DNA of 64,000 bases from Prasinococcaceae sp. CCMP 1430 (taxonomy: Eukaryota > Plantae > Prasinodermophyta): assembly GCA_013416795.1 (NCBI GenBank), contig RQSC01000032.1:281315-345314 (forward strand). Direction: 5' to 3'. Position 1 is the first letter of the stretch; the number at the start of each line of letters is the position of its first letter. Of the stretch, positions 45,076 through 55,589 are shown piece by piece. Position numbers and translations under genes: made by a program. The notes below the pieces were generated by a model. The model was given only the letters and a program-made list of their open reading frames with translations. It did not search any database and was not told the DNA's origin.

Positions 45076-46618
45076 ATTCAAATCGACTCCAGCAGTCCGC
45101 TCAGGTTAGGGTTCGGTGACCGGAAGTCAACGTCTCCGCATCTCCTCCAGGCTTTCGATGAAACGCGCGCCGTCGATGCGGTGCGGCGTCGACGGACGGA
45201 TCGGATCGAAGGCTCGGTCGGTCCGCTGGGGAAGCTCCGCACTCGCCGTCCACGGTTCTCCCTGACAGCGACGTACAGACAGCACTTGCATGGCACACGC
45301 TCACCCGGCTGGCGTCGCGCGTCTGATGCGCCTGTCTGTCTGTCTCTCCGCCCCGCCGCCCGATCGATCGACGCGTGTGGTTTGACCTGCTGGCTGCCTG
45401 GGCGCGTCGCAGCAGCAGCGGAGGAGCAGGCCCTGCCTGTGCCTGCGCCCAGCAGCGTGGGCGCCGGGCTCTCGCGAGCTTCGCTCGCTGGCTTCGCGCG
45501 TGCGACGACGAACTCGTCGATCGTATCCAGGTGTGGGTCCGCCTGGCGGGTCGCTCGGCGGGCGGGAGGGCCAGCACACTCCCACCACGCGGCCGTCCGC
45601 CGTCCGTTACCGCGTGCAGGTACACACAGAAGTAGTAGGTGTGGCTTGTGATGATGATGAGCGCGGGTGCACGTGTTGTTGATGAGGCGTTGGCTGCGTC
45701 CGTCCGTTGTTGTTGTATTGGGTTGGCGGCGGCCCCCGTTCGAGATCCCGCCCGCATCTCCCTCGGGCAGATCTCCGGCCGCCCTCGCGCGCGACGCGCC
45801 GGATCAAAAGCGGGCCGCCGCCCCGCCGCCGGCCGGCCGGCCGGGCGCCCGCCCGCGAGATCGCGCACCCGTGCGTGAGTCAGTGCAGTAGGCCGCACTT
45901 GGCTGGAGCCCCCACAGAACCCGGTAGGCGCGCGTGTGAAGCCGCTGACAGAACAGGGGTGTTGGCGGTCTAGACCCGGTCAGACCGCGGTGAGCCTGGG
46001 CCGAACGGGCGCGCGCGCGGCGCGCACCCCTTCGGCGCGCGTGCGGACGCCAAAAAAAAAAAAAAAACTCCCTGCCCCCATATGCACGGACTCAGCGCCG
46101 CGCGCGCGGGCGCGACAAAAAAAGAGGGGACCATCGAGCGTTGATTTCGATCACGATCATGCGTTTATTTTATTTATTTTTAAAAATAATTACGCAAAGA
46201 AAAAGGCGTTGATTTTGATTATGTCAGTACTGTATTGCATGCATACTGTGCATGAACGAATGAAAAAAAAGGGGCGCGCGGGGGGGATCCTCGGCGGGCT
46301 CCGGCCGCGCGCGCGCCGCGCGCGGGCGCGGCCGGAGCCCTCGACGGGAGCCCTGCTTTCGATTAGCGTTTCGCCGCGCGCGGCGGCGTTTCACCGCGCG
46401 GACGGCGGCTGTCCGGAAGCAGAGACAGGGCCGGCGGCGCCGCCGGCGGAATTTCGCGGAAGGGCGGAAATTTCGCGAGGGTGCACCGCGATGTTTTATG
46501 TTAAATAGCATTCATGGAATTTCATCGTTTTAGGTTTTCGCGGCGGCGCGCGCGCGTGCGGTGCGGTGCGTCGCCCGCGGGTGGGTGGGGCACGTGCCGG
46601 CGGGGCGGCGCCACACGT

Positions 46619-47556
46619 NNNNNNNNNNNNNNNNNNNNNNNNNNNNNNNNNNNNNNNNNNNNNNNNNNNNNNNNNNNNNNNNNNNNNNNNNNNNNNNNNN
46701 NNNNNNNNNNNNNNNNNNNNNNNNNNNNNNNNNNNNNNNNNNNNNNNNNNNNNNNNNNNNNNNNNNNNNNNNNNNNNNNNNNNNNNNNNNNNNNNNNNNN
46801 NNNNNNNNNNNNNNNNNNNNNNNNNNNNNNNNNNNNNNNNNNNNNNNNNNNNNNNNNNNNNNNNNNNNNNNNNNNNNNNNNNNNNNNNNNNNNNNNNNNN
46901 NNNNNNNNNNNNNNNNNNNNNNNNNNNNNNNNNNNNNNNNNNNNNNNNNNNNNNNNNNNNNNNNNNNNNNNNNNNNNNNNNNNNNNNNNNNNNNNNNNNN
47001 NNNNNNNNNNNNNNNNNNNNNNNNNNNNNNNNNNNNNNNNNNNNNNNNNNNNNNNNNNNNNNNNNNNNNNNNNNNNNNNNNNNNNNNNNNNNNNNNNNNN
47101 NNNNNNNNNNNNNNNNNNNNNNNNNNNNNNNNNNNNNNNNNNNNNNNNNNNNNNNNNNNNNNNNNNNNNNNNNNNNNNNNNNNNNNNNNNNNNNNNNNNN
47201 NNNNNNNNNNNNNNNNNNNNNNNNNNNNNNNNNNNNNNNNNNNNNNNNNNNNNNNNNNNNNNNNNNNNNNNNNNNNNNNNNNNNNNNNNNNNNNNNNNNN
47301 NNNNNNNNNNNNNNNNNNNNNNNNNNNNNNNNNNNNNNNNNNNNNNNNNNNNNNNNNNNNNNNNNNNNNNNNNNNNNNNNNNNNNNNNNNNNNNNNNNNN
47401 NNNNNNNNNNNNNNNNNNNNNNNNNNNNNNNNNNNNNNNNNNNNNNNNNNNNNNNNNNNNNNNNNNNNNNNNNNNNNNNNNNNNNNNNNNNNNNNNNNNN
47501 NNNNNNNNNNNNNNNNNNNNNNNNNNNNNNNNNNNNNNNNNNNNNNNNNNNNNNNN
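46619..47556. other. Assembly gap (N run)
   Basis: 938 N. Confidence 1.
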
Positions 47557-48937
47557 CGCCGGCGCCTCGGCCGGCCTCCCTTTCTCCGCCCGGCCTCCCG
47601 CGGCCTTGGCGGAGTCCGCGACCTCCTCCGCGCCGGGGCCGGAGCGTGCCCCCGTGCCGGCGGGGCCGGCGTGCGTGTGGCCGGCGCCGCCGGACGCCAC
47701 CGTGGAGCGCTGGGCGAGCTCGTTCCCGACCTACCTGCAGGCGGTGAGCGCGCCGGACGACGAGTTCTGCGTGAGCGCCGCCGCCGAGCAGGCGGCGGCG
47801 GCCTCCCGAGCCGAGCGCGGCGACGCGCTCTGGCGGACGGTGCGCCAGCAGGCGGAGCTGCAGGCGCAGGCGGAGCCGCTGCTCTCCACGTCGATGTACT
47901 CGAGCGTGCTGGCGCACAAGACGCTGCCCGCGGCGCTCGCGTTCGTGCTGGCGAATCGCCTCGCGGACACCACCCTGCTGGCGCCGCATCTGCAGCGGCT
48001 CATCGAGCGCGAGCTGAGCGCGCCGCACGTCGAGCACGCGATGCGCACCGACCTCAAGGCGCTCCTCGAGCGCGACCCCGCGTGCCGCGACCTGGTGTCC
48101 GGGCTGGTGTACTACAAGGGCTTCCACGCCATCCAGGCGCACCGCGTGGCGCACGAGCTCTGGCTGCGCGGCGAGAAGGAGATGGCGCTCATGCTTCAGA
48201 GCCGCGTCAGCGAGGTGCTGGGCATTGACACGCACCCGGGCGCGTGCTTCGGGCGCGGGATCCTCATCGACCACGGCACGGGCTGCGTGATCGGCGAGAC
48301 CGCCGTGCTTGGCAACAACGTCTCCATCATGCAGGGCGTCACGCTGGGTGGCACGGGCAAGGCCGGCGGCGATCGCCACCCCAAGATAGGCTCCGGCGTG
48401 CTCATCGGCCCGATGGCCACCGTTCTGGGCAACATCACGGTCGAGAGGGGCGCCGCCATCGCGGCCGGGAGCCTCATCCTCAAGACCGTGCCTGAGTTCA
48501 CGATGTGGGCCGGCGTGCCGGCCAAGCAGGTGGGCACGCTCTCGCGCGGCACGCTCCCTTCTGTCGAGATGGAGGTGGACGTTTTGGGGATGGCCGGCTC
48601 CGCGGCCGAGCAGGCCAGCTTTTGCGACGCGTGGGCTGAGGCCGTCGCCGCCGCAGACAGGGAGATCGCGCAGGGCGCCGAAGGCGACACTGCGAGCGAC
48701 CGAGTGGGGGCGGCGGGAGCGGCGGCGGTGAGTGCCGTAGCAACCTCGACGGCGGACGCGATAGGACCTGGCAGCGTCGTGGACGTGACCGCGGGGCACT
48801 ACGACGGCTCGCGCGGCGAGGTGATCATGATGCTGCGCTCGGGCAAGCAGGCGCGCGTGAGGCTGGCGAAATACGGCAGCACCGTCGAGAGCTCCATCGA
48901 CATCGCGGACCTCCAGATCGCGTCCGAGGCGGCATGA
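47557..48937 (+). CDS. cysE: Serine O-acetyltransferase (CysE/SERAT) with C-terminal KOW-like domain; 5' partial
   Basis: EPLLST.MYSSVLAH, DLKALLERDPAC, YYKGFHAIQAHRVAH.LW, GIDTHPGA.FGRGILIDHGTG.VIGETAV.GNNVSIMQGVTLGGTGK..GDRHPKIG, GVPAK. Confidence 0.93.
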
Positions 48938-49752
48938 CGCGCTGCTGCCACCCGCCCACACGACGCCCCCCGCGCCCTCTGGCCGGCGTGGCCTTGTACA
49001 CTACCGGTAAGATTGTACGTATTATACGAGCGACCAGCGCGCACCCGCGCCATACGCGCGCTCCTCTTAGACGCAGAAGTCGATGGTCGCCGATGCGGGC
49101 GGCGCTGCGAGCTGCGCCCTGCTGAACGTATGCGGCCACGAGCTCGAGCCCGAGTGCAGCATCGTCGACTTGCGATGCTTCCTTGCCACGCCCCACGCTG
49201 CGCCGGCGGCCTGCGTCACCAGCTGACCCGCGGAGTGCGCGTCGCCCACCACCCCGACGCCCACGCCGAGCACGAGGTGCAACGCAGCAGAATCCCACCC
49301 CGAGCGCGCGCGCGGCGTCTCCCTACCCCCGCCTGCCCCCCCACTCACGGCCACACCGTGGGCGCGGGCGTGGCGGGGAGACCGCAGGCGTCGCGAAGGC
49401 GCGGCGCTGAGTGAGCGCTCGGCCGTGGGGGAACCGCGCCGCGTCCCGGAGGCGGAGCGCTACAGCACTCGCGGGACGGCGCCGCGCCCGTCGCTACCGT
49501 TGCGGCCGAGGAGCGGCGCCTGACGCGTTCGGAGCGTCAGAGGTTGGGGCGCGGCGCGCGTGTGCGGACGCGCGTTCGTGGGGGTGGGGGTGAGAGTGGG
49601 GGGATAGAGGAAGTCGCTGGCGCGGTGCTTCGACGTCGGGCGTTCGGAGCGTCGGAATTGCTGGCGAGGGGCGCACGTGCGGGCGTTGTGTGCGTGTGGG
49701 GGAAGGTGGAGGCGCTGGCGCGTCGCGCAGTGAGCGTGGCGCAGGCGCGGGC

Positions 49753-50647
49753 ATGGCTGAGGCGTCCGGCCGCGGGCACGCGCGATTGGTGATGCTCGGC
49801 GCTGAGGGCGCAGGAAAGACGACGCTCGCTCGGCGAGCGCGCGAGGCGTGCAGCGGTGGCGGAGGCCTGCCGCAACAGGGGAGAGGCAAGACCGCATCCA
49901 AGGCGTGCTGCAGAGGCGGTGGCGGAGGCGGAGGAGGTGGCCCGCCGCAGCAGGGGCGAGGCAATCTCACGCGCGAGTCGGAGCCTGTTCCGACCATCGG
50001 CGTCGAGCTGCACACGCTGGGCGGTGGCGTGGCGGCTGCGGCGCGGGGTGGCGCGGTAGAGCTGCGTGAGGTGGGGGGATCCATGCGCTCCGTGTGGCCG
50101 ACGTATCTCGCTGGCGCCGACGCGCTCGTGTACGTGCTCGATGCCGCCAACCCAGCGGGTGCGGCTGCAGGCGCGACTGCGCTCTGGCGGGTACTCACCG
50201 AAGAGGCTGCGCAGCAGCTCCCGGTGTTGCTGGTGCTCAACAAACAGTACGTCCCACGCCGTCGGGAAGCGGCGCGCCCGCCTGACGTGCGCGGGGAGAC
50301 AACTGGGTGCGGTCGCGCGCCTGCGCAGCCTTGACGTGCGTGTGCTGACGTCCTCTCACACCCACACTCGTGATGTGATACCCGCTCTCCTAAGGGACCT
50401 GCCATGTGTCATGCCGCGCGCACAGCTCGAGGCCATGTTGCGCCTAGATGACCTCCGCGCGGCGCTCGGAGCGCGCCTCACGACGCTTGACTCTGCGAGC
50501 GCAACAGCAGCGGTCGGCGCACCCGGCGCGCACAAGGCCGCGTCACAGTGCGCGGCCGAGATGCTCAAGTGGGCCGCGGATGTGTGCAACGGCAGCAGCG
50601 GGCCAGCGAAGCGCGGTAAGGGGACGAGCAAGGTTTCGCCGCTCTGA
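49753..50647 (+). CDS. ARL16: ARL16-like Arf-family small GTPase; intron after NKQ (~50247-50394)
   Basis: GAEGAGKT P-loop, PTIGVEL, ELREVGGSMRSVWPTY (ARL16-type switch II), LVYVLDA, LLVLNK(Q)DLPCVM, LRLDDL. Confidence 0.82.
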
Positions 50648-50915
50648 CCAGACGGCCGCGGCGCGTTGGCGTCACCTGTACCCTAAGCGAGCTCAACCGC
50701 AGCCGCTGTGAGCTTCCGTGCTGTAAACTCCAATGCAGCGTACGTATGCCTGCTCGCCGCGCCGAGCACGCGACTCCGCGCACGAGCACTATGGGCACGG
50801 ACGGAGGGGGGGCGGAGCACGAGTGACCCAGCGGCGTGATCGGTGTGCATACACGCCTGCCCTGGCGCGCGCTGGCGAGGCAGCGGAGCACTCTAGTGCG
50901 CGAGCGTGGCGGAGT

Positions 50916-51671
50916 TTACATGTACACGAGGTCGCGCTCGTCGAAGCCCGTCCCCGTGGGTGTCGGCGAGGTGCCCTCGGCGGCGAACACTTCCTCATCG
51001 ACAGACAAGCTTGCGACGGCCGCAGCCGCATCGAGGAGCACCCTCGGGGCGCTCGCACCGCGCCCGGCGTGGGCGAGCGCGAGCGCACACGGCAGTGCCG
51101 CCACCGCCGCGAAGTGCGCAAATGCGGCCGCAGCGCCGTCGCTAATCGGCGCGTGAGGCGGCAGCTCGCCGCTTGCCACGGCGCCGAGCGCGTCCGACGC
51201 AGAGCCTCCCAGCTGCGGGGCAAATGCCCCGTCACCTTGCGCTATCCACACTCCACCCGTCTGCGCCTCACGCTGCGAAAGGTGCGCCGCAGCGACGAGC
51301 ACCACCTGCTTCGCGCCACCCTCTTTCAGGAGCGCTGCCGCGGCCGCGGCGAGCGCGTTGGCGACCGACACATCACTCGCCGCATCCGCACGCAGCAGCC
51401 GGAGCAGCGAGACGCGCGGGGCGCCATCGTCGCCGCACACTGTCACAATCTCCGCATCGCAGTCGCCCCCACCGCCACTGCGGGTACCGTCGCCGCCCTC
51501 GAGCACCAGCTCCACGCGAGCTGTGCTGCCGCCGCCACCGCCTCCGCCGAGCGCAGCGAGAGTGCGCGCACCCGCGCCTCCGCCAGCGGCGTCGACTCCC
51601 CCGACAAGAGCGAGCGGCGCAACCAACGGTTCGTCTGCTGGGTGCGCGCGCACGACCAGTCGCGCCACCAT
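50916..51671 (-). CDS. Hypothetical protein, possibly proteasome assembly chaperone (PAC1/PAC2-like) with C-terminal HbYX motif
   Basis: 252 codons from MVARLVVR; alpha/beta pattern AKQVVLVAAAHL; ends ...DLVYM*. Confidence 0.4.
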   Translation of the reverse strand: MVARLVVRAHPADEPLVAPLALVGGVDAAGGGAGARTLAALGGGGGGGSTARVELVLEGGDGTRSGGGGDCDAEIVTVCGDDGAPRVSLLRLLRADAASDVSVANALAAAAAALLKEGGAKQVVLVAAAHLSQREAQTGGVWIAQGDGAFAPQLGGSASDALGAVASGELPPHAPISDGAAAAFAHFAAVAALPCALALAHAGRGASAPRVLLDAAAAVASLSVDEEVFAAEGTSPTPTGTGFDERDLVYM

Positions 51672-51768
51672 CCTTGCTGCTGCTACCGAGCGCGCCACGC
51701 ACGCGAGGTGTGGTGCGCGCCCCCGCGCGCAGCGGCAGATCCTTTCGTGCGTGCCACATTGCGTCCAG

Positions 51769-52899
51769 ATGGCGGCAGTGGCTGCGGCAGGTGGAACGCG
51801 GGCTAGGCCCTGGCGCGGCTGCGGCGGCGCGCGCGTACGGCGGCCCCGCGGGATGACAGCGCCCGCACAGCCGCCGCAACGCACCGTCGTGCACGGCGAC
51901 GCCTTCGAGTGGCTCGCCACGCAGCCCACGCTCGGCGAGCGCACGTGCGTCGTGACGTCCGCGCCGGACCGCAGCGAGATTCGCGAGGCCTTCGGGTCGC
52001 GCACGCCCACGGCTGAGGAGTACGGCGCATGGCTCACTGAGACGACGCGCCTGATCGTCTCCAAGGTGCGAGTGCCGCGCGAGGGGTACATCCCCGCAAC
52101 CCCCTCCTCGCGGCCTTCCCGCCCCGCCTGCGCGCACACACGTCGCGCCGTGGATGCTGACACCGGCCTGGCGCGCGAGCAGCTCGACGCGGGATGTGCA
52201 GCTGTCTTCTATCAGTCGGACGTTCGCTACGACGCGGGGGTTGACAACCCCAGCGCCGCCGCTGCAGGCACCCACGGCGCCGAGGACGCTGGAGCGTGGG
52301 AATACATCGACAAGTCCTTCCTGTGCACTTCGGGGGCGCTCAAGGCCGGCGGAAGGGTGATGTGGCACAAGCTCGCGCTGCGCACACGGCCGGACAACCT
52401 CGTGCTGGGTGTCAACCCCGGATACACGCACGTTCTGTGCTACGGGTCTCCGCGGGGCACGCGTCTGCCGCCTCCGTGCTCGCCTGCAGTGAGCAACGCC
52501 CCGGACGTCATGTCGCGCGGGGAGACGGACTGGGCGCGGGGCGCGGGCGCCGAGGCCACCGAGCGCATTGTACGCTACCTGCGCGATGGACTCGGTGCGC
52601 GACGTATTGTCGACCCTTTCTGTGGCACCGGCGCGGTCCTCGCCGTTGCAGGCGCCATGGGGCTCGAGTCGGTGGGCGTCGAGTGCTGCAAGAAGCGCGC
52701 GCGCGTGGCGCGCGGCCTCGCAGCTGAGGGGAGTGGTAAGGACATGCAGCTCGTGCGGCCGGGGCCGCCAGAGGACATCGCTGAGGAGGTGGAGGCCAGG
52801 AGGCGGCGGTACATTGACCATCGGAAGGCGAACGTCGCGCAGCAGAAGGAGCGGGCTAGGCTGGAGAAGCAGCGGCAGCGGGCTCAGCAGCGACAATAG
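51769..52899 (+). CDS. SAM-dependent methyltransferase, N6/N4 DNA-MTase-like beta order (motif IV-like TSAPD before motif I DPFCGTG); probable in-frame intron after 52066
   Basis: RTVVHGDAFEWL, VVTSAPD, AVFYQSDVR, VMWHKLALR, PGYTHVLCY, IVDPFCGTGAVLAVAGAMGLESVGVE. Confidence 0.7.
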   Translation: MAAVAAAGGTRARPWRGCGGARVRRPRGMTAPAQPPQRTVVHGDAFEWLATQPTLGERTCVVTSAPDRSEIREAFGSRTPTAEEYGAWLTETTRLIVSKVRVPREGYIPATPSSRPSRPACAHTRRAVDADTGLAREQLDAGCAAVFYQSDVRYDAGVDNPSAAAAGTHGAEDAGAWEYIDKSFLCTSGALKAGGRVMWHKLALRTRPDNLVLGVNPGYTHVLCYGSPRGTRLPPPCSPAVSNAPDVMSRGETDWARGAGAEATERIVRYLRDGLGARRIVDPFCGTGAVLAVAGAMGLESVGVECCKKRARVARGLAAEGSGKDMQLVRPGPPEDIAEEVEARRRRYIDHRKANVAQQKERARLEKQRQRAQQRQ

Positions 52900-53241
52900 C
52901 GACGCGGGCTCGAGGCCGCGCGGCGACGCGCACGCCACGCAGCACAGCGCCGGCCCGAGGAGCCCCAGAGCATACGCTGTACAGTAATCCTTGTCGCGTG
53001 ATGTACACCCCGAGCGGAGTGTGGCGCGGGGCGCCCGCTGGTGAGCACTGGCTGCTGGTGCGCGCTGCTGGACGAAGCGGGGCGGGGCGGCGTGTACTGT
53101 ATGTACGTCAGAATGAGATGTGATTTCGCAGGTGAGTGAGTGCGGTTCGGCGTACCGGGCGGACGCGTTCCCCGACGTGCGCGGCGCCTGCTCCGCTCGC
53201 GCAGGCTGGCGGCGCAGGCTGCCAGTCGTCAGTTCGCACAG

Positions 53242-54440
53242 CTGCGGCGTACTACAAGCAGGGCGCGCGCTTCGCCAAGTGGCGCACGACCGGCGGCGCG
53301 CCAGCGGCGCAGCGCCTGCTGGCACGCGTGGCCGCCTCCGCCCTCGCGCGCGAGCGCGCGACACTCGCGCGGGTCGATCGCTTGCTCGCGGCCGGCGATG
53401 CTCACTCGGCCGCCACCGTCGTACGCGCACGCATGGAGGATATTGACGCCTCGGACTCGGACTCGCAATCAGACTCTGAGACGGACTCTGAGAGTGCCGA
53501 GCTGCACGAAGATGCGGCGCTGCCCGCCTCCAGGTCGCTGCGCGCGCTCGTTCGCGGCGGCGAGGGGGCGGTGTCGGCGGGCGCGCTCGCAGGCGCGTAC
53601 TGGCAGCGCTTCCTCGACGAGGCGGAACGGGCGGTGGCTGCGCGGAGCGAAGGGGGCAGCAAGAGTGGTGACCGCGGCGATGAAACGATGAGTGCGCGCG
53701 CCCAGTGCGTCGGCGAGGAGACCGCCGCGTCCGTTCGCGCGGCGCTCGATGCGGACGGATTCGCTGTCGCCTCGCCGCGGGTGGTCGGCGGCCGCAGAAA
53801 GGAGTCGCAGCACGCGGGCGACAGCCGATCCGCCACGGCCCGCGAGCTGCAGGTGCTGTACGAGCTCATCGCGGCGCTCGTCCGTGAGGGCTGGCCGCCG
53901 GTGTTTGTGTACCTCTATCCGCTCGCCTGGAGGGTCGTTGCAGATGCAATCGAGCTCGCTGCCCCGATGCTGCTCGACGACGGCGAGGCAGTGGAGGAGG
54001 CGCTCGTCGTGGAGCCCAGCGTCTTTGCGTGGGCCCTCGGCGCGCCTGCCGGCGACAATTTCCCCGTGCCCCGCCGCGACTACAGTTTCTCCGAGTCCTT
54101 CGCGGAGGCCGCTGGAGAGGCCGCGCACACCGGCAGTGGCGATGGCGGCACTGGCAACCGCACACGCCGCACGCTGCTATGCATGTGGCTGCCCGTGGTC
54201 GACGTGAGCACGGCCAGCGGCTGCCTCTACGCCCTGCCTCGCGGTGCCGACCCAACGTGGGCGCAGCCCGCACACCCGCACCATCTCTCCCAGGCGCACG
54301 TCAGCGGGCGCAAAGGGTGCCGCGGCGGTGGTGAAACGACCCTCAGATTCGGGCTGGGTGACGCCAGGCCGCTCCCGGTGGAGGCTGGCGGAGCGGTGGT
54401 GTGGTCGGGGAACACGCTGCACTGGGGGGCGGCCGCGGCA
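53242..54440 (+). CDS. PhyH-like Fe(II)/2-oxoglutarate dioxygenase-fold protein; both ends uncertain, 3' end appears truncated
   Basis: ALDADGFAV, GWPPVFVYLY..AW, PRRDYSFSE, LCMWLPVVDVSTASGCLYALP, LPVEAGGAVVWSGNTLHWG. Confidence 0.65.
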
Positions 54441-55550
54441 CCGACCAGCCGCGGCCGGCGCGGCGCCCTGCTCGGGCCGGTCGGCCTGGCGGACCGCGGC
54501 GGTGGCGGCGTGCAGGGGCATGCCTGCAGCTCGCAGGGCGGCCGAGGCGGTGGACACCTCCTCGTGGTCCTGGGGGTGCAGGGGCGTGCGAGCGCGACAG
54601 GACGCACGTCAGCTCACTACGGGACGGGCGCGAGCCCACACGCCGGTGCGCTCACGCCACGCGTGCTCGCAGGCGCGTCGCGGCGCGGCTCACCTGGGGA
54701 GCGTACAGCGCTGCAACCAGCTCCTCCGCCGAGCGCGCCGTCGCGTTGGCAGCTGCGAGCAGGGCCTCCAGGCTGTCCCTCTCGTCGTGCGCGGCGCCAA
54801 TGCACGCGCGCACGCACGCCTTGAGCGCATCGAGCGCGCACTGCACCGCAGGCGCGGCCGCACGCGCCACCGCAAGCTCAGCCGCGTTCATCGAGTCGAG
54901 CTCGAGCGCGTCGTCGTAGTCGCTGTCGTCGGCGCACACGTCGGCGTCGGCACGTCCCCCCTCGCTGCCGCCGCCCTCGGCAAGAGCCTGCTGGGCCTCG
55001 GACATCATCTCGCGCAGCTCCTCCGCGGCGGCCTTGGCCTCTCTGGCCCGTTTCGCAACGGCGCGGCCGCAAGCGGCACAGTTGGTGAATGCCGCCTTCT
55101 CGAGCTCGGCAGCGCGCTGCGCGACGACTCCCGCCATTGGAGCGAGCTTGATCGCGGCTGCTGCGTCGGCCTCCCCGGCGCGCGCGAGCACACTCGCTCG
55201 CGAGGCCGCATCCACCACGTCGCACGCTGCGTGGGCGACCGCGCCGACGGCCGCGCGCACGCCGGCGAGCAGAGCTTCGCCCGCGTTGATCGTCGCGCCG
55301 GAGGATACGGCCACGAGCACCCCGAGCGCCTTCTCGACCGCGCCAAACACGGAGAGACCCGCGTCGTCGCCGACGTCGGCGCACCCACCAAAGCCGAACA
55401 CCATGACGACCTTCTCGCAGGCGGCGGTGACATCCTTGGCCGCCTCCGCGGCGGCACGGCGCACCGCGGCAGCTCCGTCCCTGTGTTCCCTCGCTGTGGC
55501 CGCCGCCGCCCCGCGCGACGCCGTCGGCGCTCCGAGCACGGCGAGCAGCG
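54440..55550 (-). CDS. GCIP/CCNDBP1 (Grap2 and cyclin-D-interacting) family protein; intron 54693-54570; no start or proper stop visible
   Basis: Helical-bundle pattern AKDVTAACEKVVMVF, FTNCAACGRAV...AKAAAEEL, acidic linker, EELVAALYAPQ|DHEEV. Confidence 0.65.
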
Positions 55551-55589
55551 ACGCGTCGGCGCACGGCGGCGGCGGCGACTGGCGGCGGG

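Noticed and set aside
45127-45720. Possible small spliced minus-strand gene (ADPHLDTIDEFVV..., ...DGARFIESLEEMRRR*)
   Set aside because: Could not build a consistent exon chain or recognise a family; insufficient support
49067-49600. Short ORFs between SAT and ARL16
   Set aside because: No ATG-led coherent frame or motif
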